A DNA stretch of 47,389 nt, from assembly GCA_001803795.1 (NCBI GenBank), contig MHEK01000082.1, forward strand, positions 1-47,389, in the 5' to 3' direction. Below the pieces are notes generated by a model. It saw nothing but the letters and a program-made list of their open reading frames with translations. It did no database searches and was not told the DNA's origin. Both the position numbers and the translations under genes were made by a program. The stretch comes from Nitrospirae bacterium RBG_16_64_22 (GTDB taxonomy: Bacteria > Nitrospirota > RBG-16-64-22). Below, piece by piece: positions 26,372-33,770 of this stretch. Every line of letters begins with the position of its first letter. The first letter of the stretch is position 1.

Positions 26372-28094
26372 CCCCCCCCAAGTGTGCCGTTTTCTGTGTC
26401 GGTGAGTATATCCTGATGAGACTTCTGTAGGCGAACACTTCGTCCGATACGGCGAATTCCCCGGCCAGGCGATACCCTTCGATTCGACGGCGGATCGAGG
26501 CGAGCGATGCCTCGTCGAAATTTGACGCGATGACCGCCAGCGCGGGCCGGCCTCCGGGAGAATCGGGCCGCCCGGCGTAATAGCGCGGGTTCTCGTATTC
26601 CCAGGTGAACCTCAGCGGGGACGTGGAGGCGTCTCCCGGCGAGGCGGAAGGCTCACCCGGGCGATAGACGATGTTCTTCTCGGTAAAGAGATCGAGGAGC
26701 GGAACGGAGACGGCCGGATTGATGGAGACGCGCGCTTGGGGAAGCGTGATGACTTCGACTCCGTCCGCGTCCATCGCGTCGAGGTGCCTGCCGGCGTCCC
26801 GCAGGTTGGCGGCGCTCATGTTTTGGAGGAACGGGAGGTAGCCGAAGAGGGCGATGACGATCGAAACAGCCGCGATTGACGCGACGGCGAACCTCTTTGC
26901 CGCCGTGTCCTTGATCCGGCTGAGCCCGTAAGAGGCCATGAGCGCGAGCATCGGGAGGACGGGGATGATGTATCTTGCCCGCCTGATCCCCAAGGCGACC
27001 ACCAGGAGGACGGGCCAGGCGGCGATCGCGAACTTCAGGTCCTTCCTTAGGACCGCCGCGGCTGCGCCGGCCAGCGCGGACAGCGTGATGAAGGGGTGAA
27101 TCTGAAAGAAGAACGTGGACGCGAAGCTTTCCGTCCATCGGCCCAGGCCGGGCGCTTGAAAGGTCCGCAGGAGCCCGATCTGTTCCGAGACGATGTCGAA
27201 CTTGAACGCCGCGAGGCCGCCGACGATGAAGAGCGAGACGGCCAGGATGGACAACCCCCTCCGGAGGACGGTCTTCGGCCCGTTCGGCCCCTTCGAAACC
27301 CGCGCCAGGACGATGACGGGGAGGACGGTAAGCATCAGCCAGGCCGAGTACTTGGACAAGACGGCCAGGGCGACGGCTGTGCCCGACAAGACCAGGGGGC
27401 CCGTTCCGCCACGGCCGAGGGTCTTGACGACCGAGAAGACGGCGAGCGTCAGGAAGAACATGGTCGGGACGTCCGCGAGCATCAGCGGTACTTGCGTGAG
27501 AAGGTAGGGCATCCCGAGAAGGAGCGCGCCGGCGAAGAGCCCGGTCGTCCTGTCCCAAAGTTCTCTTCCGATTAGATACGTGAGAAAAACCGTGCCCGAG
27601 AAAAGGAGCGTCGTGAACACCTGGATATAGATCCTCGTCTCGCCGAAAAGGCTGAAGATCAGGCCGTAGAGAAGGGGGACCAGGGGCAGGTCGGTCCAGG
27701 CCTTGATCTCCGCGCCCCATTCCGCGAGGAAATAGCCGATGCCGTAGACCTCCAGATGCTTGGCCTGGGTGAAGTAACGCGCGGCGTCGGCGATCGCCTC
27801 GGGCTCGCTCCAGAAGAGCGCCCCCGCCGCGAACGATCCCAGGAAAAGGGCGGCGGGAAGGAAGCGGCCGGGAATCGGGAGTCTCGTGAAAACGTATGCG
27901 GCGGCAAGTCCGATGCCGAGGAGGGGGAGCACCTTGAATACGGCTATGCCGGCGAACACCCATTGCCAGCTCGTCAGCCTGTTATCGTCCAGCGCGCGAA
28001 GAACGAAAAGGGTCAGAAAGACGGCGAGCGAAAGAAGGGAAACTAGAACGAGGAGATGGTTGTTGTCTTCAGTCTTCGGCCTAATCACGCTCAC
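26358..28094 (-). CDS. GT-C fold membrane glycosyltransferase (ArnT/PMT-like)
   Basis: 578 aa, about 11 TM helices plus a C-terminal soluble domain. The layout and loop motifs (DAARYF..., DLPLVPLLYG) resemble 4-amino-arabinose/dolichyl-phosphate-mannose transferases. Overlaps the yeeE-like start by 14 nt. Confidence 0.65.
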   Translation of the reverse strand: MSVIRPKTEDNNHLLVLVSLLSLAVFLTLFVLRALDDNRLTSWQWVFAGIAVFKVLPLLGIGLAAAYVFTRLPIPGRFLPAALFLGSFAAGALFWSEPEAIADAARYFTQAKHLEVYGIGYFLAEWGAEIKAWTDLPLVPLLYGLIFSLFGETRIYIQVFTTLLFSGTVFLTYLIGRELWDRTTGLFAGALLLGMPYLLTQVPLMLADVPTMFFLTLAVFSVVKTLGRGGTGPLVLSGTAVALAVLSKYSAWLMLTVLPVIVLARVSKGPNGPKTVLRRGLSILAVSLFIVGGLAAFKFDIVSEQIGLLRTFQAPGLGRWTESFASTFFFQIHPFITLSALAGAAAAVLRKDLKFAIAAWPVLLVVALGIRRARYIIPVLPMLALMASYGLSRIKDTAAKRFAVASIAAVSIVIALFGYLPFLQNMSAANLRDAGRHLDAMDADGVEVITLPQARVSINPAVSVPLLDLFTEKNIVYRPGEPSASPGDASTSPLRFTWEYENPRYYAGRPDSPGGRPALAVIASNFDEASLASIRRRIEGYRLAGEFAVSDEVFAYRSLIRIYSPTQKTAHLGGDGNG

Positions 28095-28159
28095 GCTTCA
28101 TCCTCATGCCGTCGGGCTCATGCCGTCGGGCGGCCTCTCTTCGTGCCTGCGCTGGCACT

Positions 28160-28330
28160 TCACCAAGTCGTGACCTTGTCGTGCGAGAAGATCTCGTCCA
28201 CCAGGTCTTCGTAGGAAACGCTCTTCTTGGAAAGGTCAATGACCTTCACCTGATGGCTCTTGGACTGCACGCTGATGATCCGGTCCGCCGGCTTCCCTGC
28301 CGCTGAAACCAGGATGTGGAGAATCTTCAT
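28160..28330 (-). CDS. Unlisted 56-aa ORF, miniature DsrH/TusB-like
   Basis: My own translation: MKILHILVSAAGKPADRIISVQSKSHQVKVIDLSKKSVSYEDLVDEIFSHDKVTTW. The N-terminus (ILH) and C-terminus (Y..LVD.....DKV..W) resemble the ends of DsrH/TusB. It falls below the size cutoff of the track. The track ORF 28106-28306(+) is antisense to it. Confidence 0.45.
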   Translation of the reverse strand: MKILHILVSAAGKPADRIISVQSKSHQVKVIDLSKKSVSYEDLVDEIFSHDKVTTW

Positions 28331-28368
28331 CGGTCATCCTCCGCGATCGGCCCGCCCGAATTCGGCCC

Positions 28369-28671
28369 TCACAAAATGACGATACGATCCGCTTCCTTGT
28401 TCATCACGGCGTTGTTGAACTGACTGCCGCACTTGATCGTCTCAGGAATCGCTTCGATGTTGACGTGGTACTCCAGGGCGCTGTAATCGCACACGCTCAT
28501 CGAGACGCCCGGAAGCTTGCTCAGCCCGGTGTACGAAGGGTCCTCGACGAGGCGCGTCCCTTCGTCCATCGCGAAGAGAATCACCTCGTGCCCCTTGGAC
28601 ACGGCGGCATTCGTGAGTCCCACGACGTCCTGGAGATGCTTGTCGGTGTTGACGAGGATCCCGAGTTTCAT
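28369..28671 (-). CDS. DsrE/DsrF-like small sulfur-relay family protein
   Basis: 100 aa. MKLGILVNT...GHEVILFAMDEG...KCGSQF...ADRIVIL matches the DsrE/F-like Rossmann layout. AAGGAG lies 7 nt upstream. Confidence 0.6.
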   Translation of the reverse strand: MKLGILVNTDKHLQDVVGLTNAAVSKGHEVILFAMDEGTRLVEDPSYTGLSKLPGVSMSVCDYSALEYHVNIEAIPETIKCGSQFNNAVMNKEADRIVIL

Positions 28672-28962
28672 GAAGTTGCTCCTTATTTGCGCATGTGTCC
28701 AGCACGCACGGTCCGCTGGACAGGTCCATGGCCTCAGCCTTGGGGGATAGGCGCCCTTGTGGAACCGACAGACCTGGCCCCTTGAGCCCTGGCCTGTCGC
28801 TCAAGGCAGAACAGGCGGATCCGCTTCTCGATCGGGGGGGATCTTCAGGGATCTGAATCTTGCCGCCGGCGCCGCCTGGATGTCGGCGCACAAGGGTCGT
28901 GCCCCCGGAACCGGCAAACGCAGTTTAGCCCTCGAACTATTACAGAGGACGGCCAAGGAAGA

Positions 28963-28984
28963 AAATAATGCAAATGCATCATTT
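28963..28984. promoter_or_regulatory. Second copy of the 22-bp palindromic operator (AAATAATGCA-aa-TGCATCATTT)
   Basis: 21/22 identical to the reverse strand of the site at 18408-18429. It heads a 325-nt non-coding gap upstream of the dsrE/F-like gene. Confidence 0.55.
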
Positions 28985-28995
28985 TACCCGACGTC

Positions 28996-29268
28996 CTAAT
29001 AAGGCAGAACGTGGTCGTATTCGGCCAGTTTCTCCGCGATCTCGTCCGTGGAAAGGTACTTCATTTCGGCGTTTTCCCGGGCATTCGTGTAGACGTTCAT
29101 GTCCATTTCCTTCATCGTTTCGAAGTTAAGAAGGTTCTTCTCCGTCTCCTCCATCTTCCTGCCCAGCACGAAGACGTCGACCGCGTCGTCCAGCAGGATC
29201 AGACCGACCGACATCCTCAGAGCTTCTCCCTGCCTGTCCGTGACGAGAACCGCTATTTTCTTTGCCAT
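28996..29268 (-). CDS. Small DsrE/F/H-superfamily-like protein
   Basis: 90 aa. MAKKIAVLVTDRQGEALRMSVGLILLDDAVDVFVLG matches the DsrEFH-type beta-alpha start. Lies 9 nt downstream of the LuxR-type regulator. Confidence 0.5.
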   Translation of the reverse strand: MAKKIAVLVTDRQGEALRMSVGLILLDDAVDVFVLGRKMEETEKNLLNFETMKEMDMNVYTNARENAEMKYLSTDEIAEKLAEYDHVLPY

Positions 29269-29277
29269 TTTTCCTCC

Positions 29278-29928
29278 TTAGAGAAGATTGTGCCGGTAGG
29301 CATAGGCCACCGCTTCCATCTGGCTGTGGACGCCGAGCTTGGTGAGGAGGTGCTGGATGTGGTTTCGGACCGTGACGGGGCTGATGCAGAGGCGCTGGGA
29401 CAGCGCCGGCACGGAGAGGCCTTCCGCCAGCAAGTGAAGGATTTCGTGCTCCCGCGCGGTCAGGCAGGAACTGACCGTCGACGGGGACGTCCGGCCGTTG
29501 GTCTTTCTGCGCGAGGGGCCCCGCCGGGGCGCGAAGGACCGTCCCAGGGATTCGAGAGCGTCCGCGGCTTCTCCGCGGTGCAGAAGATGGACGACCGTCC
29601 AGAGATCTTTCCGCTGGGACGGAACGAGGATGATGCTGACCGAGAGGCTCAGGTCCTTTCCCCAGGCATCGCGGACCCGGAGCGAGAACGTCTCCGGGGC
29701 GCTCCCTCCCCGGGAAAGGTGAGCGACGTTGCAGTCCGTCTTGCAGAACGATTGACCCGCGGGCGTACAGGTTTTGAAGACGTCGCCGCACGGACGCTCG
29801 AGTGCGTCCTTGGAGGGGATCCCCATCAACTGCTCGCAAGCCGGGTTCCAAAAAACGATCCGGCTCGTGGAGTCGACGGCGAACACGCCGTCGACGGCTC
29901 GGAAGAAAAGGTCCGCGAGTGTCGGCAT
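29278..29928 (-). CDS. PAS-domain / LuxR(GerE)-type HTH transcriptional regulator with a Cys cluster
   Basis: N-terminal PAS-like (VFAVDSTSRIVFWNPACEQLMG) carrying C-x6-C-x7-C-x3-C (CGDVFKTCTPAGQSFCKTDC). C-terminal LTAREHEILHLLAEGLS...ISPVTVRNHIQHLLTKLG. Confidence 0.8.
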   Translation of the reverse strand: MPTLADLFFRAVDGVFAVDSTSRIVFWNPACEQLMGIPSKDALERPCGDVFKTCTPAGQSFCKTDCNVAHLSRGGSAPETFSLRVRDAWGKDLSLSVSIILVPSQRKDLWTVVHLLHRGEAADALESLGRSFAPRRGPSRRKTNGRTSPSTVSSCLTAREHEILHLLAEGLSVPALSQRLCISPVTVRNHIQHLLTKLGVHSQMEAVAYAYRHNLL

Positions 29929-30062
29929 CGATCGTCCTTCCTGTCCCTGGCTGCCGGCGCCCTCGTTCCAGTCGTGCCGCCAGGCCGCAATTACGGAAGA
30001 AAATATGCTATATCAAACAGCCGGGAAAGTCCATTGCGAGCTTTCCCGCGGCGGCCTTTTTC

Positions 30063-30091
30063 TTGACACTCCATGCGCGTCCGCCTACGAT
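30063..30091 (+). promoter_or_regulatory. Sigma70-like promoter (TTGACA-17-TACGAT) upstream of thrB
   Basis: Hexamers with 17-nt spacing, preceded by hairpin cgggaaag/ctttcccg. The cassette resembles 16405-16467. Confidence 0.45.
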
Positions 30092-30155
30092 CTGGACGGA
30101 TTTCCTTCGAGACGATCAATCCGCGTGACGGCGTGGAGAACGGACTTCAACCGCT

Positions 30156-31103
30156 ATGGAAAAGAAGCCTAAGACCGCCTCCGGGCGGGTGACCGTTTTC
30201 GCCCCGGCGTCGATCGGGAACGTGGGGCCGGGGTTCGACGTGCTCGGGATGGCGGTCACGGGACGCGGGGACACGGTGACCGCGCGGGTCACGCTCGCCC
30301 GCGGGGTCCGGATCCTGGCGATCACGGGTGACTCCCGGAATCTGCCGCTCGACCCGGGGAAAAATACGGCCGGAATCGCGGCGGCGGAGGTCCTTCGGCT
30401 GTTGGGCGTGAAGCAGGGCGTGGAGCTTTCCATCCACAAGAACATTCCGGGCTCGGGGATGGGGTCGTCCGCCGCCTCGGCCGTGGCGGGCGCCTTCGCC
30501 GTGAACGCGCTCTTCGGCGGGAAGCTCTCGAAGCAGGACCTGCTGATTCCGGCCGCGAACGCGGAGTCGCGCGTGTCCGGAGGCTACTTCCTGGACAACG
30601 TCGGGGCGTCGCTCCTGGGAGGGATCATCGTCACCAACCCGTTCAGCAAGCACACCGTTTCGCTCGGGACGATCCCCGGCCTCCACGTCGTCGTCGTGAC
30701 GCCCTCCGTGGAGGTCCTCACGAAGAAGGCGAGGGCGATCCTCCCGAAGGAGATCCCGATGGACGACTTCGTGACAAACATGGCGAACGCCTGCGGCATG
30801 GTGCGGGCCGTGCAGATCAAGGACGCCGTCCTCTTCGGGACGTCGATTCACGACGCCGTCGTCGAGCCGCACCGGGCGGGGCTGATCCCCGGCTTCTTCG
30901 ACGTGAAGAGGTCGGCCCTTTCGGCGGGCGCGCTGGGCTGTTCCATCTCGGGGGCCGGCGCCTCCGTCTTTGCCGTTGCGGACCGGAAGGAGACGGCCGC
31001 CGAGGTCGGCCGGGCCATGCAGGAGGCCTTCCTCCGGCACAAGGCGACCTCCGTCGTGACGCTCGCCCGGGTGGACAAGGAAGGGGCGAGGGTGATCGGA
31101 TGA
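30156..31103 (+). CDS. thrB: Homoserine kinase
   Basis: APASIGNVGPGFDVLG, GHMP-kinase motif IPGSGMGSSAASAVAG, SGAGASVFA. Confidence 0.9.
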   Translation: MEKKPKTASGRVTVFAPASIGNVGPGFDVLGMAVTGRGDTVTARVTLARGVRILAITGDSRNLPLDPGKNTAGIAAAEVLRLLGVKQGVELSIHKNIPGSGMGSSAASAVAGAFAVNALFGGKLSKQDLLIPAANAESRVSGGYFLDNVGASLLGGIIVTNPFSKHTVSLGTIPGLHVVVVTPSVEVLTKKARAILPKEIPMDDFVTNMANACGMVRAVQIKDAVLFGTSIHDAVVEPHRAGLIPGFFDVKRSALSAGALGCSISGAGASVFAVADRKETAAEVGRAMQEAFLRHKATSVVTLARVDKEGARVIG

Positions 31104-31105
31104 GA

Positions 31106-31273
31106 AAGGGCGGATTGAAAATTGTAAATTGGAAATTGTAAAACTTGAGAACACAAACCCGGCCCAGGGGCCGCGAGGCACTCTGTAAATTGCAATTTTT
31201 GTCCTGTCCTCGCCTTTCACTTTGAAATTTCCAATTTCCAGTTTACAATTTACAATTCTTGCCCTGTCCTCGC
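31106..31273 (+). repeat. AT-rich heptamer-array element B1 (GTAAATT/GGAAATT arrays as inverted arms around a GC core)
   Basis: gggcggattgaaaattgtaaattggaaattgtaaaacttgaga...ctctgtaaattgcaatt...cctgtcctcgccttt...gaaatttccaatttccagtttacaatttacaatt. Shares a long core with B2. Confidence 0.85.
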
Positions 31274-31360
31274 CTTTGAAGAACCCCGCCTCGAAAGGCG
31301 GGGTTCTCCGACCTCTAAGGTACCTATCGTTATTTTCATTCGTGCGCCTTCGGCGCACTT
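31274..31360 (-). terminator. Conserved two-hairpin 3-prime element (copy 1) ending in a terminator-like hairpin
   Basis: Read on the minus strand: AAGTGCGCCGAAGGCGCAC-GAATGAAAATA...CTTAGAGGTCGGAGAA-CCCCGCCTTTCGAGGCGGGG-TTCTTCAA. It lies directly after the stop of the squalene-synthase-like gene. Confidence 0.55.
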
Positions 31361-31366
31361 TGCCGT

Positions 31367-32209
31367 TCAGACCGGCGTCAAAAGGGTTCGGAGGACAACT
31401 CCCGCCTTAACCAACGACGAGAGCCGGATCTTCCGGGTGAAGACGTCGTAGTTCCTCCGCTCGATCTCGTCCAGGAGCCGGAGGTACACCTCTCCCATCA
31501 GGCGCGTGGCGAGCCGGGCGTCGGCGTCGACGAGCGGCAGAATCTTCATCCCCTCCCGGAAATATCCCCGCGCGCGGTCGGCGGAGAACTTCATGAGCGC
31601 CGCGAACTCGGGCGTCAGGCGGCGGGCCGATAGGGATTCTTCCGTCACGCCGAATCGTTCGCGCTCCTCGCTGGGCAGGTAGATCCTCCCGCGGTCCAGG
31701 TCTTCCCCCACGTCGCGGAGGATGTTCGTGAGCTGAAGGGCCGTCGAGAACGACCGGCCGAGTCGGACCGCTTCCTCTCCCCTCGCGCCAAAGATGGCGA
31801 GCGTGATGTCCCGGATTGTCGTCGCGACGAGATCGCAGTAGACGACCAGCTCCGAGAACGTCTCGTACCTCGTCTTCGCAAGGTCCATCCGGCATCCGGC
31901 GATGAGCCCCTCGAAGGCTTCCTTGGGGATCGGATAGCGCGCGAGGGCGTCGGCCAGGGCGATTCCAGCCGGGTGCGTCGGTCTGCCGGCGTACGTACGC
32001 TCAAGTTCCGCTTCCCATTCCTTGAGTCTCTCCTCCGGGTTTCCGGCCCCCGGCAGATCGACCTGGTCGTCGAGGTAGCGGCAGAAGGCGTAGGCCGCTT
32101 CCGTGGCCCGTCTTTTATCCCTTGGGAGGAACCGGAACCCGACGGAGAAGTTGGGTCCCGCCCGACGGGTGAGGTTGTGGCAGTGGCGATAGGCCTGGTC
32201 GGGAGTCAT
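31367..32209 (-). CDS. Squalene/phytoene synthase family protein (HpnC/HpnD/CrtB-like)
   Basis: YAFCRYLDDQVD (first Asp-rich motif), LQLTNILRDVGEDLDRGRIYLP (second motif). 280 aa. Confidence 0.8.
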   Translation of the reverse strand: MTPDQAYRHCHNLTRRAGPNFSVGFRFLPRDKRRATEAAYAFCRYLDDQVDLPGAGNPEERLKEWEAELERTYAGRPTHPAGIALADALARYPIPKEAFEGLIAGCRMDLAKTRYETFSELVVYCDLVATTIRDITLAIFGARGEEAVRLGRSFSTALQLTNILRDVGEDLDRGRIYLPSEERERFGVTEESLSARRLTPEFAALMKFSADRARGYFREGMKILPLVDADARLATRLMGEVYLRLLDEIERRNYDVFTRKIRLSSLVKAGVVLRTLLTPV

Positions 32210-32215
32210 GGGAAC

Positions 32216-32432
32216 TTAGAATTGTAAATTGGAAATTGGAAATTGGAAATTTCAAAGGCGAGGACAGGGCGAGAATTGAGAATTGGAAATTGGAAATTGT
32301 AAATCGTAAAACTTGAGAATCCAAACTCGGCCGAGCGGCGCGAGGCGCTCTGTAAATTGCAATTCTTGCCCTGTCCTCGCCTTTCACTTTGAAATTTCCA
32401 ATTTCCAATTTCCAATTTCCAATCCGCCCTTT
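32216..32432 (+). repeat. AT-rich heptamer-array element B2
   Basis: Arrays of gtaaatt/ggaaatt, an inverted copy of the GC box (tcaaaggcgaggacagggcgagaattg), a core near-identical to B1 (aaacttgagaa..ctctgtaaattgcaatt..ccctgtcctcgcctttcac), then inverted arrays (aatttcc x4). Confidence 0.85.
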
Positions 32433-33587
32433 TCATCCGATCTCCCCCAGCGGCGGCGGGGCTGCGGCCGGGCGTCTTCGGCACCAGTGGTCGGGCGGGC
32501 GGTGCGCGCAGGGACCGCGGCGGCCCCAAGCGAGGCGGACGAGGGGCAACATGAGGCGGCGGATCGCGGAGGGCTTCTGCCAGGCCATCAGGTAGTCGCG
32601 GAAGTCCTTCCGGGCCGCCTGCCGGGCGAAGTGGGCCAGACCCGCGTTCCCCGACGCCTCGTAAAGGAACCGGCCGACAAGGGAGGCCGCCTGGCGGTCC
32701 TTCTGCTTCACGGTTTCGGCGAGCACTCCCTCGCCCAGCAGACGCCGAGCCGCGAGGCGGCCCGTTTCAAGAGCCCTCCTGATTCCGAGCCCAAAGAGGT
32801 AGTCCTGGTACCCCCCGGCCTCGCCGGCGAGGAGAGGTGCTTCGGTGGGATGTGGATCGATTTGAAATCCCCCCTCTTGGTTGATCGTGAAGTTCATGTA
32901 GGAATAGGCGGTTCGGACATTCTCTTTCCTTAACGTCTCGATCGCGTCGAACCGTTCTTCGCACGACCTGGCAAACCCGTCGATCCCCTTGAAGTGCCGC
33001 GTGACGGCGCAGCCCATCGTTCCCCATCCGTCCAGAACGAAGAGATAGGCGTACCCGCCGGGAGAGACGGCCTGGTCGAAGAGGACCCAGACGCGATCGC
33101 GCCCCGCCGTCCGGAAGACCGTTTCGCGGGCGAGGCCGTCGGCGGCGGCCGGGCCAGTCGCAACGATGTCGGCCTGATACGGTTCGGCGGGACCGATCCG
33201 CCGGTTGAACTCCACCCGAGCGCCCATCCTTTCCGCCTGCAGGAGGAGGCCGCGGTCGAGCGTTCCTTCGTCCGGGCCGCGCTTGAGGAAATAGCCGTAC
33301 GGAAGGCCGCTCTTCACGGGATGGCCGTTCATCCGGTGGTCAAAGAGGACGGCGTCCCAGACCGGCTTGAGCCAGAAGTTCGTGTCGATTCCGACGGCAT
33401 GAAGGAAAGAGAGCGCGTCTTCCGGCCGGGAGTGGTTCTCAAGAATCTGGAAGCCGCCGATGAAGCGGCCGCCGACCGTTCCGCGGGCCTCGGCCACCGT
33501 CACGGAGAGCCCGGCGCCGGCGAGCGTCATGGCCGCCGTGAGGCCGGCGGGACCGGCCCCCGCGATCAGGATGGGAGAATCGGGCAT
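32433..33587 (-). CDS. FAD-dependent oxidoreductase (geranylgeranyl-reductase-like)
   Basis: Start chosen at ATG 33587 (MPDSPILIAGAGPAGLTAAMTLAGAGLSVTVAEARGTVGGR). The longer track ORF begins inside an octamer array. Confidence 0.7.
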   Translation of the reverse strand: MPDSPILIAGAGPAGLTAAMTLAGAGLSVTVAEARGTVGGRFIGGFQILENHSRPEDALSFLHAVGIDTNFWLKPVWDAVLFDHRMNGHPVKSGLPYGYFLKRGPDEGTLDRGLLLQAERMGARVEFNRRIGPAEPYQADIVATGPAAADGLARETVFRTAGRDRVWVLFDQAVSPGGYAYLFVLDGWGTMGCAVTRHFKGIDGFARSCEERFDAIETLRKENVRTAYSYMNFTINQEGGFQIDPHPTEAPLLAGEAGGYQDYLFGLGIRRALETGRLAARRLLGEGVLAETVKQKDRQAASLVGRFLYEASGNAGLAHFARQAARKDFRDYLMAWQKPSAIRRLMLPLVRLAWGRRGPCAHRPPDHWCRRRPAAAPPPLGEIG

Positions 33588-33603
33588 CGAGGCTCCGAAC
33601 GGG

Positions 33604-33702
33604 CGGTGAATGGGTGAATCGGTGAGTCGGTGAATCGGGGAAACTGCATAATTCCAGCCCTTGGTCCATTCACCCATTCACCGATTAACCGATTCACCAA
33701 TT
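33604..33702. repeat. Inverted pair of GGTGAAT octamer arrays (A3)
   Basis: cggtgaatgggtgaatcggtgagtcggtgaatcgg ... ccattcacccattcaccgattaaccgattcacc, separated by about 28 nt. Confidence 0.85.
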
Positions 33703-33770
33703 GATCATTCTTCATGCTAGAATATCGCACGTTCAGGGACAAGAGCTAAACCCTTTAGTTGAAGGAGGCC

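Noticed and set aside
28106-28306. 66-aa plus-strand ORF in the track
   Set aside because: It is antisense to the 56-aa DsrH-like ORF, which fits the operon direction and spacing and has family-like termini.
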